A DNA stretch of 64,000 bases from Paludibacteraceae bacterium (GTDB lineage Bacteria > Bacteroidota > Bacteroidia > Bacteroidales > Paludibacteraceae), in NCBI GenBank assembly GCA_024401475.1, contig JAKSKZ010000013.1, positions 6,284-70,283 on the forward strand, read 5' to 3'. The notes under the pieces were generated by a model, which was not told the origin of the DNA, did not search any database, and worked only from the letters and a program-made list of their open reading frames with translations. The translations under genes and the position numbers were made by a program. This document shows, in pieces, positions 1-10,403 of the stretch (position 1 is the first letter of the stretch; every line of letters begins with the position of its first letter).

Positions 1-207
1 GAAGTTCTCAATAGTAACAGACGCGTGAGGGAAATTCTTGAAGAAACTCAAAGAGAAATCCTCCATGTAGATGTCTGCTTCCAACTGTTTGTTTGCCTCT
101 TGCAGTGCTAAATCTTTAATCTTTCCTTTGAAAGCGAAGGGAAGAATAAGCAACAAAAGCAAAAGAGCGAGTAGGATGCCTCCTACAATCTTTAAAACTT
201 TTTTCAT
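1..207 (-). CDS. AsmA-family protein, N-terminal fragment (gene runs off the left edge)
   Basis: A reverse-strand ATG at 205-207 opens a frame that stays open to position 1: MKKVLKIVGGILLALLLLLLILPFAFKGKIKDLALQEANKQLEADIYMEDFSLSFFKNFPHASVTIENF. It has one N-terminal TM helix followed by a pattern I associate with Bacteroidota AsmA-like N termini. It is missing from the ORF track because the window edge truncates it. Confidence 0.5.
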   Translation of the reverse strand, partial: MKKVLKIVGGILLALLLLLLILPFAFKGKIKDLALQEANKQLEADIYMEDFSLSFFKNFPHASVTIENF

Positions 208-564
208 GTATGAATTAATTAATTATTTGATATACAATTTAGTAGTTGTGTGAAATTAAAGTTTTAGTGCCGATTTTTGTCGGCAGAAAAGTTGAAGCAC
301 ACAGCCTTACAAAGGTAATTTATAATATGGTGATACCGTAATGATTAATGTTTAAAAAACTAAAAATGAAGAATGATTTTCATGTCTGGAAAAGGAGTCT
401 TAGTTTTGATAGAAAACCATGCATTCCCTCCTCTATTTATTTCGTGGCGATTTATACGTTTTTGTTTGTAAAATAACTATTTTTGTAGGGTGGACGAGGA
501 ATATCCCAAGTTTAACTATGGGAAATAAATTCTCGTCTGACACTTTGATAAAAATTCAAAAAAT

Positions 565-2100
565 ATGGGAAAAATTTTCAGGTCGGTTGTCCAACTTTTC
601 GTTTCGATATTCCTCTTCGCTTTCTTTATGGTGAATTGCCAAGACGAGGATTTTACTACGGACTCTTCCTATCGGCTTACTTTGTCTGCAGACACCATCT
701 CTTTCGATACAATTTTCTCGGAAACACTTACCGCAACACAGCGAATAATGGTGTATAATAGGAATGATAAGGATATTCGCATAGATAAAATATATCACGA
801 ATCATCACTTAAATGCTTTCAAATCAACGTGAATGGTAAAAGCGGAGATGTGTTTGACAATGTAGAACTTCGTGCGAAGGATAGTATGTACATTTTTGTG
901 CAGGCAAGGCTTAACGAATTAGGTCAGGACGCACCTTTGTATGTTGTTGATTCCCTTATGTTCCTTTATAATGGCAACAAACAAGATGTGAAATTGACCA
1001 CTTACGGACAAGATGCCCATCGGTTGAAAGGTGTCACCATTGAGAGCAATACGCATTTTGAAAACGACAAGCCTTATTTGATTTTCGATACGCTGAAGGT
1101 GGCCGAAGGGGCTACGCTGGTCATCGATCCAGGCACGAAGCTCTATTTCCATAATAATGCTCATATGCAAGTGAAGGGGCGTGTCGTGGCCAATGGAGAT
1201 TATGCCCATGCTCCTATCCTATTCCGTGGCGACAGAACGGATTATATTTATGACAATATCCAATATGACAAGATTGTAGGTCAATGGGATGGCATCTCGA
1301 TTGCCAAAGAGAGCAAGGGGAATATCTTTAATGGTTGTATCATCCGTAGTTGTAATACGGCTATTCGAATTGACTCGGCCGAAATTGATTTGGACAATAT
1401 GCGTGTGCTCATCAGTAATTCGTGGATCCACAATACGAAAGGCGTCGCATTGAAGGCGACGAATGGGTATATGTATGTTTATAATTCGATTATATCCAAT
1501 GCGTTGAATGCCAATGTCCTGTTGCAAGGGGGACTCTATATGTTTAATCATTGTTCGATTATTGGTCTTCCGAGAAATAGCCGCTACAATAGCTGCGTTG
1601 TCTTGTCTAATTATGAACTCTACTCTGCTAAAGAGGAGTTGATTCCGTTGTATCTTGCTAATTTCAACAATTGTTTGATTACGGGAACATACAAGGATGA
1701 GATAAAGTTGGTTGGCGACAAGGAGAAGGGCTTGTATAATTATATGTTTAGGGGATGCCTGATTAAGATGGGAACTCCGTTGGCAGAAACATCATTAGAT
1801 TCTATAAAGCAAGTTTCCGAAGATGATTTGATGAGTTGGGAGACTCCTCTGGGCGGTTTCTTTGTCAACAACATTTGGAATGCCGATCCTGATTTCAGGA
1901 TGGTGGATTGGGAGAACTACGAATATGACTTCCGTTTGGACTCTGCTTCTGCTGCCATTGGTAAGGCAGATCCTGCGATATACAACCATTTTACAGAGTG
2001 CAAAACAGACATCATGGGAGTGGATAGGATGGGTCGTGACTCGTCAGATATCGGTGCCTTTGTTTGGAGAAAGGAAGAAACTTTGGTTAAAGAAAATTGA
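565..2100 (+). CDS. putative lipoprotein, parallel beta-helix-like repeat protein (function unknown)
   Basis: 511-aa ORF with ATG at 565. The signal peptide ends in a lipobox-like FFMVNC. N/G/I-rich short repeats (NSWIHNTKGVALKATNGYMYVYNSIISNALNANVLLQGG) suggest a right-handed beta-helix. It abuts the next gene, so the two are probably co-transcribed. Confidence 0.6.
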   Translation: MGKIFRSVVQLFVSIFLFAFFMVNCQDEDFTTDSSYRLTLSADTISFDTIFSETLTATQRIMVYNRNDKDIRIDKIYHESSLKCFQINVNGKSGDVFDNVELRAKDSMYIFVQARLNELGQDAPLYVVDSLMFLYNGNKQDVKLTTYGQDAHRLKGVTIESNTHFENDKPYLIFDTLKVAEGATLVIDPGTKLYFHNNAHMQVKGRVVANGDYAHAPILFRGDRTDYIYDNIQYDKIVGQWDGISIAKESKGNIFNGCIIRSCNTAIRIDSAEIDLDNMRVLISNSWIHNTKGVALKATNGYMYVYNSIISNALNANVLLQGGLYMFNHCSIIGLPRNSRYNSCVVLSNYELYSAKEELIPLYLANFNNCLITGTYKDEIKLVGDKEKGLYNYMFRGCLIKMGTPLAETSLDSIKQVSEDDLMSWETPLGGFFVNNIWNADPDFRMVDWENYEYDFRLDSASAAIGKADPAIYNHFTECKTDIMGVDRMGRDSSDIGAFVWRKEETLVKEN

Positions 2101-2105
2101 TAGAG

Positions 2106-3131
2106 ATGAATAGATTTGTTTCGTTTGCTTTTGTTTTTTTGATGTTGCTCTCCCCTTCTGTCCAGGCAGAAGATTTGGTGAGTTTTCGAATTGTGAGTTA
2201 CAATTTGGAAAATCTCTTTGATTGGATGGATGACCCGAAAACGGACGATGATTCGTTTACAGAAGAAGGAGATCATCAATGGACGGAGAAGAAGTTCAGA
2301 CGAAAACTTTCCAATTTGTCAAAGGCACTCGTGGCTGCAGGTGGTTGGCAGACGCCGGTCGTCATAGGTTTGTGCGAGGTGGAGAATGCTTTTGTAGTGA
2401 ACGAGTTGGCGCATAATACGGAGTTGAGTTATGCTGACTATAGTTTCGTTCATCGAGATTCCCCAGATCAGCGTGGCGTGGATGTGGCCATGCTTTATGA
2501 TGCGAAACGCTTCCAACTAATTACTCAGAGTTTCCTCAGGGTACATTTGGAAGAGCGACCAACACGAGACATTCTGTATGCGAAAGGAGTCTTGAAGGAG
2601 ACGGGCGATACGCTACATCTCTTCGTTAACCACTGGCCTTCACGTTATGGAGGAGAACTTGAATCGGAAGCAAAACGAATCAAGGCTGCCCAAGTTTTAA
2701 GGCATACGACCGACAGTATTTTTTCTCATAATAAGGAGGCGAATATTGTTATCATGGGAGATTTTAATGAATATCCATCTAATGAAAGTATATCACGAAC
2801 ATTGGGTGCATTTAAACAATGGGAGCAGGCGGAAGCTGGCAATTTGTATAACACTTGTTTCCAATATGATGGAAACGAATCTGTCGGTTCTCATAAATTT
2901 GAAGGCAGATGGGGCATGTTAGACCAGTTTATCATTTCAGGTCATTTGCTTTCTAATATGAATGGGCTTCACACCAACCTTTCGTTGGTCAATATCTGTA
3001 ATGAGCCATTCTTATTGAAAAAAGATCGTACGGGCTTTGCTCCTAAACGAGCCTTCTTGGGCACTCTTTTTGCCAATGGCTTCAGCGATCACTTGCCCAT
3101 CTATATGGATTTGATAATAAACAAGAAGTGA
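2106..3131 (+). CDS. endonuclease/exonuclease/phosphatase (EEP) family protein, secreted
   Basis: The track ORF begins at a TTG at 2097; the first ATG is at 2106 (MNRFVSFAFVFLMLLSPSVQA signal peptide). EEP hallmarks are present: IVSYNLENLFD, IVIMGDFNEY, and FSDHLPIYMDL near the C terminus. Confidence 0.8.
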   Translation: MNRFVSFAFVFLMLLSPSVQAEDLVSFRIVSYNLENLFDWMDDPKTDDDSFTEEGDHQWTEKKFRRKLSNLSKALVAAGGWQTPVVIGLCEVENAFVVNELAHNTELSYADYSFVHRDSPDQRGVDVAMLYDAKRFQLITQSFLRVHLEERPTRDILYAKGVLKETGDTLHLFVNHWPSRYGGELESEAKRIKAAQVLRHTTDSIFSHNKEANIVIMGDFNEYPSNESISRTLGAFKQWEQAEAGNLYNTCFQYDGNESVGSHKFEGRWGMLDQFIISGHLLSNMNGLHTNLSLVNICNEPFLLKKDRTGFAPKRAFLGTLFANGFSDHLPIYMDLIINKK

Positions 3132-3156
3132 TGATTTCAATAATGATATAACGAAT

Positions 3157-4023
3157 ATGAATAAAGTAAAGAAAGTAGCCGCTATTCATGACCTTTCGGG
3201 GTGTGGAAGGGTTTCGCTCAATGCTGTCATCCCTATCCTTTCTTCAATGGGAATACAGACCTACCCTCTTCCAACGGCCATCCTTTCATCTCATACGCAA
3301 TACGAAGAGTTTAGTTTCTTGGACTTGACGGACCAGATGCCTCTTTTTATGGAGCATTGGAAGAAATTGGGGGTTGAGTTCGACGGCATCTATTCTGGCT
3401 ATCTTGGTTCTCCAAGGCAAATCGCTATTGTGGAGGAGTTTATCCAAACATTCCGAAATCCTAATCAGTTGGTGGTCGTTGACCCGGTGTTGGGCGATAA
3501 TGGCCATTTGTATAAGGCGTTGGATAACAATATGGTTGTTGAAATGCGAGAGTTGGTGAAGAGTGCCGATGTCATCACTCCTAATTTGACGGAGATGTGC
3601 TTGCTTCTTGACAAACCCTATAAGAATTTCTTGTCGGTGGAAGAGTTGAAGGAAGATTTGCTTCGTTTGTCAGAGCAAGGCCCTGAACATATCATAGTGA
3701 CGAGTATTCAGGATAAGGATGATTTGAAAAAGACCTTCGTTGTGGCATATAGCAAGAAAACCAATCGTTTTTGGAAGGTTTGGACCAACTATCTTCCTGC
3801 TCACTATCCTGGTACCGGCGACACCTTCACAAGTATTATTACAGGTGCGTTGTTGCAAGGCGACAGTCTTCCGATTGCCCTTGATAGAGCTGTCCAATTT
3901 ATTCAGATGGGTATGCGTGCCACTTTTGGCTATGAGTATGACAGCCGTGAGGGTATTCTTTTGGAGCGTGTGCTGAAATCGCTGGATGCGCCCGTCCAGA
4001 TAAATAGTTACGAATTATTGTAA
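3157..4023 (+). CDS. pyridoxal/pyridoxamine kinase (ribokinase-like fold)
   Basis: 288 aa. The N terminus AAIHDLSGCGRVSL, VVDPVLGDNG, ITPNLTE and the C-terminal GTGDTF motif are typical of PdxK/PdxY-type kinases. Confidence 0.8.
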   Translation: MNKVKKVAAIHDLSGCGRVSLNAVIPILSSMGIQTYPLPTAILSSHTQYEEFSFLDLTDQMPLFMEHWKKLGVEFDGIYSGYLGSPRQIAIVEEFIQTFRNPNQLVVVDPVLGDNGHLYKALDNNMVVEMRELVKSADVITPNLTEMCLLLDKPYKNFLSVEELKEDLLRLSEQGPEHIIVTSIQDKDDLKKTFVVAYSKKTNRFWKVWTNYLPAHYPGTGDTFTSIITGALLQGDSLPIALDRAVQFIQMGMRATFGYEYDSREGILLERVLKSLDAPVQINSYELL

Positions 4024-4027
4024 GATT

Positions 4028-5587
4028 ATGGTATATAATAACATACAACTTGTTGTTCTGCCCAAGCAGTCTGTTGTAGAGTCTGAGCTAAAAAAGGTAG
4101 TGGGAGAAAAGATAAAAGTCGCTCCTAATCGCATTAATACGGTTCGTATTACGAGAAAATCAATTGATGCTCGTTCCAAGCAAGTGAAGGTGAATCTTTG
4201 TGTGGATGTCTATACAGACAAGAGCCAGCCCGAGGCTATTCAATATCCGTTCCATTATCAAGATGTGAAAGGGAGGCCCGAGGTGATTGTTATCGGTGCG
4301 GGACCTGCTGGATTGTTTGGGGCTTTACGTTTGATTGAATTTGGACTCAAACCAATTGTTTTTGAGCGAGGTAAAGAGGTGGGCGAACGAAAGAAGGATA
4401 TTGCCCAACTTAACCGAAACAACGGTCTTAACCCGGAGTCGAACTACTGCTTTGGAGAAGGCGGTGCCGGTACATTCTCTGATGGCAAGTTGTTTACTCG
4501 TATCAAGAAGAAGAAAGATTGCACACGAATATTGCTCAACTTTCACCAGCATGGTGCACAGGACGAGATTTTGTATGAGGCACATCCGCACATTGGTACG
4601 GACAAATTGCCTGTCGTCATCAAGAATATGCGTGAAACGATTTTGAAATACGGTGGTGAGGTGCATTTCGAGAGCAAAGTGACCGAGATTTTGACGGAAG
4701 GTGATGCTGTCAAGGGTGTTCGTTTGGCGGATGGTACTGAACGTATGTCAAAGGCGATAATCCTTGCGACGGGTCATTCGGCAAGAGATGTTTACGAACA
4801 TCTGCAATCGAAAGGAATAGACTTGGAGGCGAAAGGATTTGCAATGGGCGTGCGTGTGGAACATCCGCAGGCATTGATTGATAGAATCCAATATCATAGT
4901 CCTAAGGGCGATTATCTGCCTTCGGCTGCCTATACGCTCGTCACTCAGGTGGAGGAACGAGGTGTTTACTCCTTCTGTATGTGCCCTGGTGGCTTTATTG
5001 TACCGGCCTCAACCGGCGAAGGGGAAACTGTGGTGAATGGAATGTCGCCTTCGCACAGAAATTCGAAGTATGCCAATTCTGCCATTGTCGTGGAGATTCG
5101 TCCTGAGGATTTGACTGAATATCAAGAGTATGGTGTGATGGCAGGACTGAAGTTCCAACAGGCCTACGAGAAACTTTCGTTCGAAAATGGTGGTGGAAAT
5201 GCGGTGGCTCCTGCCCAGCGTTTGCAAGACTTCATTCAAGGCAAGAAATCCAAAGATTTACCGCAGACATCTTATGTTCCAGGCATCATCTCGTCCGAGA
5301 TGAGTTCGTGGATGCCTAAGTTTATCGGCAAGCGGTTGCAGGCTGGATTCAAGGATTTCGATCGAAAGATGCGTGGCTTTGTAACCAATGATGCCATCAT
5401 CATCGGCGTGGAGTCCAGGACCTCCTCTCCTATTCGCATTCCAAGAGATGCGGAGACTTTGCAGCATGTGACCATAAAGGGTTTGTATCCTTGTGGCGAG
5501 GGAGCCGGATATGCAGGCGGAATCACCTCTTCAGCCATGGACGGAGAGGCTTGTGCCGAAAAGATTTCCGAGTTTCTTTCTAAGTAA
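4028..5587 (+). CDS. NAD(P)/FAD-dependent oxidoreductase (COG2509-like)
   Basis: 519 aa. Rossmann dinucleotide motif VIGAGPAGLFGA. The overall layout matches the widely conserved FAD-dependent-protein family. It sits 4 nt after the kinase gene. Confidence 0.75.
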   Translation: MVYNNIQLVVLPKQSVVESELKKVVGEKIKVAPNRINTVRITRKSIDARSKQVKVNLCVDVYTDKSQPEAIQYPFHYQDVKGRPEVIVIGAGPAGLFGALRLIEFGLKPIVFERGKEVGERKKDIAQLNRNNGLNPESNYCFGEGGAGTFSDGKLFTRIKKKKDCTRILLNFHQHGAQDEILYEAHPHIGTDKLPVVIKNMRETILKYGGEVHFESKVTEILTEGDAVKGVRLADGTERMSKAIILATGHSARDVYEHLQSKGIDLEAKGFAMGVRVEHPQALIDRIQYHSPKGDYLPSAAYTLVTQVEERGVYSFCMCPGGFIVPASTGEGETVVNGMSPSHRNSKYANSAIVVEIRPEDLTEYQEYGVMAGLKFQQAYEKLSFENGGGNAVAPAQRLQDFIQGKKSKDLPQTSYVPGIISSEMSSWMPKFIGKRLQAGFKDFDRKMRGFVTNDAIIIGVESRTSSPIRIPRDAETLQHVTIKGLYPCGEGAGYAGGITSSAMDGEACAEKISEFLSK

Positions 5588-5617
5588 TCCTAAATAATCA
5601 GGTCTTGCGAAGGTTTC

Positions 5618-7189
5618 TTACACCTTCTCGATTTTGCAAGTGTGTTTTTTTGTTTTTTCGTCGTAGTTGATGCCAACGAAGAGTACATCGCCCTTGTATT
5701 GGGTCAAGGCCTGACAATAGTTTTTGGCTTTTATCTGCTCAATGGCGCTTTCTGCACTCTTATTGTGTTTTAGTTCAATTACCAGCGCAGGGATATTGGG
5801 CAAATAAGGAATCAGCACCAAGTCGGCATAGCCTTTGCCTGTCGGCAGTTCTTTCACCAGTGTATAGCGCGTGTTGGCGTAGAAATAGGCCAAGCAAATG
5901 GCACTTTGGAAACAGTGCTCGTCGTTGTAGGTGAGCGGATTGGTCACCTCCGTATGTGCGGCGTCTAACGCTTTTGCAACAGCATCTTCGTCGCCGTTTA
6001 CAGTGGCGTCGAGCAATTTCTTTGATGCGTTGACGATGGTCATAAGTTGCTTATAGTCAGGGCTGAGTTTGACGGACTGAATCCACTGCTGGCGTACCTC
6101 CTCATTGGGTATTTTACAGGTTTTGGTATCCCATTCATAAGAGAGGTATCCCAAATGAATCAGATAAGTAAACACATGGTCTTTGGACTTAAAGCAGTCC
6201 AGCGTATTTAAATATCCATATATGTCAACTTCAACAGAATTTCCTGCGATCATACTGACGACATCCTGCCTAATACCCTCAAAGTCCATGAGTATATACT
6301 CTTGTAATGCTTCAAAAGAACCAGTGGCGGACCAATAACTATCCATTCGCTTACGGATAATTGCCGATACTACTGATTTTGGGTTGAACAAGCTGACTTT
6401 GTCACTGAGTTTATATCCATTGTACCATCGCTCAAACTCTTTGAAATCACAGCCATACTGGTTGCAGAGTTGTTCGGTCTCCTCACGAGTGAAGCCGATG
6501 TGTGCGGCAAACCTATCCGCATCAGTCATCGTATATTCGTCAAACTCGTTCAATTTCGATTGTATTTTGTCTCTAACAATGGGGATGATGCCGGTAATAT
6601 AAGCAAGGGCTATGGCCGGGCGGAGCGTGGCGTTTTTGAACAAGCCGTTTAAGAAACTCAGATAGCTTTGGAAAAGTGAATCGGGAACTTGTTCACGCAC
6701 CAACACATCGTACTCGTCGATGATGATGACGAATTTTTCATTGGTGATTTCATATACGCGAGTTATACATTTGGCGATGTTGTCCGTCTCTTTAAAGGTG
6801 ATGGCGGGGAACTGTTTTACAAATTCCTCTCTTAATGTTTCATCAATTTCCGCTATTAACAAGTCTTTAGAAACTGCTGTTTGGTACAAACCGTTCAAAT
6901 CCAACTTGATTACATTGAACTTGTTGAGGTACTTGTCGTAGTTGGGTGTCTGACCGAACTTCATTTTAGCGAATATTTCGCGGGTGTCACATCCCTTCGA
7001 GTAGTAGGCTGAAATCATGTTGCCCGCCATGCTCTTTCCGAAACGGCGTGGGCGAGACATGCAGACAAAGTCGTGGTCTGTTTCAGCAATTTTGTTCAAT
7101 TCTGCCAAAATCAACGATTTGTCCACATAAATTTCATTTCTTAGACTTTGTTTTAAAGCCTCTGCGTTCGGATTCAGATATAAGCCCAT
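5618..7189 (-). CDS. AAA-ATPase-like protein with C-terminal PD-(D/E)xK nuclease-like domain (PDDEXK_9 type)
   Basis: 523 aa. Motifs: SRPRRFGKSM (Walker A-like), VIIIDEYDV (Walker B), and C-terminal GKGYADLVLIP...VIELK. It is a paralog of the 41978..43591 gene. Confidence 0.8.
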   Translation of the reverse strand: MGLYLNPNAEALKQSLRNEIYVDKSLILAELNKIAETDHDFVCMSRPRRFGKSMAGNMISAYYSKGCDTREIFAKMKFGQTPNYDKYLNKFNVIKLDLNGLYQTAVSKDLLIAEIDETLREEFVKQFPAITFKETDNIAKCITRVYEITNEKFVIIIDEYDVLVREQVPDSLFQSYLSFLNGLFKNATLRPAIALAYITGIIPIVRDKIQSKLNEFDEYTMTDADRFAAHIGFTREETEQLCNQYGCDFKEFERWYNGYKLSDKVSLFNPKSVVSAIIRKRMDSYWSATGSFEALQEYILMDFEGIRQDVVSMIAGNSVEVDIYGYLNTLDCFKSKDHVFTYLIHLGYLSYEWDTKTCKIPNEEVRQQWIQSVKLSPDYKQLMTIVNASKKLLDATVNGDEDAVAKALDAAHTEVTNPLTYNDEHCFQSAICLAYFYANTRYTLVKELPTGKGYADLVLIPYLPNIPALVIELKHNKSAESAIEQIKAKNYCQALTQYKGDVLFVGINYDEKTKKHTCKIEKV

Positions 7190-7308
7190 ACTATAGCTAT
7201 TTTAATTGCAAAACAAATATAAACAGAATATTTGATAATATGTTGTCAAACTTGAAAACGCCAATTAGAAGCCGTTTAAATTTTAAACAGCTTCTAATTA
7301 TGGGAACA

Positions 7309-8148
7309 TTATTGCTTGTTTTTTCTTCTCTTTCTAATTAAGTAGAAAATGACGCCTAAAATGATGAGAATTGGCCAAATATAGAAGATGGCAATGATGA
7401 TTGCCTCAATCAAATCGATGCTGCCACTAAGGGCGTCGGCAAGGCGAGATCCAAAAGAAGGTTCATATTTGCGGGCGTCCGAATCCGCACTTGAATAATC
7501 AGAAATTCTCAACTCGATCTCTAATTCGCTATATGCCACCATTTTATCGATGTTGAGCTTGGCTTGGGTGTGTCGGTCCAATTCTTCTTGAATGCCATCG
7601 ATTTTAGTTTGTATTTCGATGATTTCCGATATTTTGTTGGCTCTTTTTAGCAACACTCTATATTGTTCCAGTGCGGCTTCTTTGCTTTTGATGGAAGATT
7701 GAAAGTCTGAATAGTATTCAGTCATATCCTTCACGGTAATCGTCTTATGAGTCATTTTCCCTCCAATGGAGTACAACTCATCTAAGAATGCATAAAAGTT
7801 GCCGGCAGGAATCTTCGCCGTTGAACTGTAGTTCCATGAGTGTTGCGAATCTTCCGTTTTGTAACCATTATATTTGGCTATGAGCTTGTTCAATTTTTTC
7901 GATACTGAATCTACCGTAGCCTGAGTTACGTCGAATGTGACATTTCCAGATGTGACCAACTTTCGGTCTGTTGGAAGGGCTGGCGCAGGAGGTGGTGGCG
8001 GTGGAACTTCTCCACTAGTTAGAGGCGCTTCTTCGCACTCCACCATTGCTTCATCTGCTGACTCTGCATATGCTTGATCGTGACTCTTTCCGCAAGCAGT
8101 AGTCAACAATATGATTGTTGTGATCAAAATGAATTTTAAGTGTTTCAT
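7309..8148 (-). CDS. DUF4349-like lipoprotein
   Basis: The track ORF extends to 8259. The plausible start is the ATG at 8146-8148, giving MKHLKFILITTIILLTTAC (lipobox). A poly-proline linker PPPPPPAP, a coiled-coil region and a C-terminal TM helix follow. Confidence 0.65.
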   Translation of the reverse strand: MKHLKFILITTIILLTTACGKSHDQAYAESADEAMVECEEAPLTSGEVPPPPPPAPALPTDRKLVTSGNVTFDVTQATVDSVSKKLNKLIAKYNGYKTEDSQHSWNYSSTAKIPAGNFYAFLDELYSIGGKMTHKTITVKDMTEYYSDFQSSIKSKEAALEQYRVLLKRANKISEIIEIQTKIDGIQEELDRHTQAKLNIDKMVAYSELEIELRISDYSSADSDARKYEPSFGSRLADALSGSIDLIEAIIIAIFYIWPILIILGVIFYLIRKRRKNKQ

Positions 8149-8167
8149 AATTATGAATTTAAAAGCA

Positions 8168-9037
8168 TTACAATTTGTCTTCTTTGTTTTTAATAGCATA
8201 GAATGCCTTAATCTCATCCATCTTTTGTTTGGCTGCTTCCCTACCCATGGCATAGACATGACGCATTTTCGTTTCGTTTTGTTCCGTCCTTCCGATGGGG
8301 AGTTCGTCTTCTGGATAGATGAGTAAGGTGTTGCCTAACTGTTCCTGTTCGGAGATGTAATCCAATTCGCGGTTGTACATAATATGGCGCACCGCCATTG
8401 CTTCTGCCACTTTGGGCGTTTTGCGGAGCAGGAATTTTAGGATAGGCATAATCTTAGGCTGCGTCTTCTTGAAGCCTTTAGGCTGCGTTAACACGACGAT
8501 GTTGCGGTCGTAGCCTTGGCTTTGGAAATACTGTAAAGGGATGGAATCGGCCATGCCTCCGTCCAACAGGCGATAACTGCCTATGCAGACCGGTTTGGAT
8601 AGGCAAGGCAAAGATGCCGAAGCACGCAACCATTCAATCTCTTCATATTCAAACTTCTCCAACCTTCGATAGACCGCCTTGCCCGTATCAACATCCGTGC
8701 AGACAATGTGAAAATCTATCGGACTGGCGGCAAAAGTCTCCTTGTCGAATACGTCCAACTCCTTGGGCATATAGTGGTAACTGAATGGACCGTTGACCAA
8801 ATCGCCAGTCTGGATGAGCGATTTAAGCCCCATATAGCGTGGGTCGTCTTTGAAACGAATGTTGTATCTCAGCACGCGTCCCGGCTGGTTGGATTTGTAG
8901 TTGCAGCCAAACGTGGCTCCAGCAGAAACGCCAACAACTCCATCAGGTTGGATGCCGTTCTCCATCATTTCGTCCATGATGCCAGCCGTGAATAGTCCTC
9001 GCATACCACCGCCTTCTAAAACCAAACCTTTTTTCAT
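8168..9037 (-). CDS. patatin-like phospholipase
   Basis: The start is refined to the ATG at 9035-9037 (MKKGLVLEGGGMRG). It has the oxyanion motif GGGMRG, the nucleophile elbow GVSAG, and the Asp of the catalytic dyad in LLDGGMAD. Confidence 0.85.
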   Translation of the reverse strand: MKKGLVLEGGGMRGLFTAGIMDEMMENGIQPDGVVGVSAGATFGCNYKSNQPGRVLRYNIRFKDDPRYMGLKSLIQTGDLVNGPFSYHYMPKELDVFDKETFAASPIDFHIVCTDVDTGKAVYRRLEKFEYEEIEWLRASASLPCLSKPVCIGSYRLLDGGMADSIPLQYFQSQGYDRNIVVLTQPKGFKKTQPKIMPILKFLLRKTPKVAEAMAVRHIMYNRELDYISEQEQLGNTLLIYPEDELPIGRTEQNETKMRHVYAMGREAAKQKMDEIKAFYAIKNKEDKL

Positions 9038-9242
9038 GCTATAAAATCCTATTTTGAGTTTGCAAATATAAAAAATCCACCCAAAGAAACAAAAAATAAA
9101 GGATGTGTCTTGAATTTGCACACTTTGACTATACATTTGCTTAATCTGTTGATTGGTGAAAATTATTATTAATCGGTAGAATGTAATATATCATATCTTG
9201 CTAGTTTTTATATGCTTGTGGCAAAATCTTACAACCATGGAA

Positions 9243-9279
9243 ACAAAAAAGGTCAGAAAGTTTTTCGCTCTCTGACCTT
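9243..9279 (-). terminator. rho-independent terminator downstream of panB (bidirectional shape)
   Basis: A 9-bp stem (aaggtcaga at 9249-9257, tctgacctt at 9271-9279) is preceded by an A-run on the plus strand, which is a T-run on the minus strand. It lies 25 nt after the panB stop. Confidence 0.55.
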
Positions 9280-9303
9280 GATTTTTATTAGTCTAAACGC
9301 TTT

Positions 9304-10122
9304 TTAGTATTGCTCGTTTTCGTTAGGGAAATCACCTGATTTGACGTCCGTGATGTACGATTGCACGGCATTGGTGATTACCTCGTGCAAATCTGCGTAA
9401 CGGCGAAGGAACTTAGGTGAGAAGCCCTTGTTGATGCCGAGCATGTCGTGCATAACCAATACTTGTCCGTCGGCTCCGTTTCCGGCACCGATACCAATGG
9501 TCGGAATGGTAAGAGCCTTGGAAACCTCCGTGGCCAACTTGGCTGGAATCTTCTCCAAAACGATGGCATAACAGCCTGCTTGTTCCAACAATTTAGCATC
9601 GTTGATGAGTTTGGCCGCTTCTGCGTCGTCTTTTGCTCTAAGGGCGTATGAACCATATTTGTTGATGGATTGAGGCATCAAACCTAAGTGACCCATGACA
9701 GGAACGCCTGCGTCTATAATCTTCTTGATTGTGCCTACAAACTCCTCTCCTCCTTCAATCTTGACAGAGTCTGCTCCAGATTCTTTTAGAATACGAATGG
9801 CAGAGCGAACGCCTTCTGCTTCATCGCATTGATAACTACCAAATGGCATATCAACTACAACATGCGCGCGTTTAACACCTCTAACAACGCATTGTGCGTG
9901 GTAGATGAGTTGGTCAAGTGTCACAGGAATTGTCGATGAGAAACCTGACATGACGTTGCCTGCGGAGTCGCCGACAAGGATCACGTCCATTCCAGCCTGG
10001 TCGATGATAGATGCCATGGAGTAGTCGTATGCTGTAAGCATAGAGATTTTCTCTCCGTTGGCTTTCATATCTGCCAAAGACTTGGCTGACACTTTTTTAA
10101 TGCTTTCATTATGTACTGACAT
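9304..10122 (-). CDS. panB: 3-methyl-2-oxobutanoate hydroxymethyltransferase
   Basis: 272 aa, recognisable as PanB along its full length ([39 protein letters not shown]). Confidence 0.93.
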   Translation of the reverse strand: MSVHNESIKKVSAKSLADMKANGEKISMLTAYDYSMASIIDQAGMDVILVGDSAGNVMSGFSSTIPVTLDQLIYHAQCVVRGVKRAHVVVDMPFGSYQCDEAEGVRSAIRILKESGADSVKIEGGEEFVGTIKKIIDAGVPVMGHLGLMPQSINKYGSYALRAKDDAEAAKLINDAKLLEQAGCYAIVLEKIPAKLATEVSKALTIPTIGIGAGNGADGQVLVMHDMLGINKGFSPKFLRRYADLHEVITNAVQSYITDVKSGDFPNENEQY

Positions 10123-10403
10123 CTCTCTTTGTTTTTAAGGGAAGTTTTCACTTCCATTGTTAAAATTAAGAAATAAGGCTTTCCTTACGGTTTAGACTAA
10201 GGAAGTCCCTTTAATAATTCTATACAAAGTTATCTTTTTTGTTAAAAGATTCATCTTAAAAATTATGAAAAATGATGGGCCTAAGTTCAAATAAGAAGTG
10301 CAAAAATAATCCTCGAAAGACGAAGCGTTCATGTCTCATGTAAGATTGTTGTACGACACCATTTTTCGGTTTCAAAACGAAGAGATCTACACCGAACCCT
10401 TCC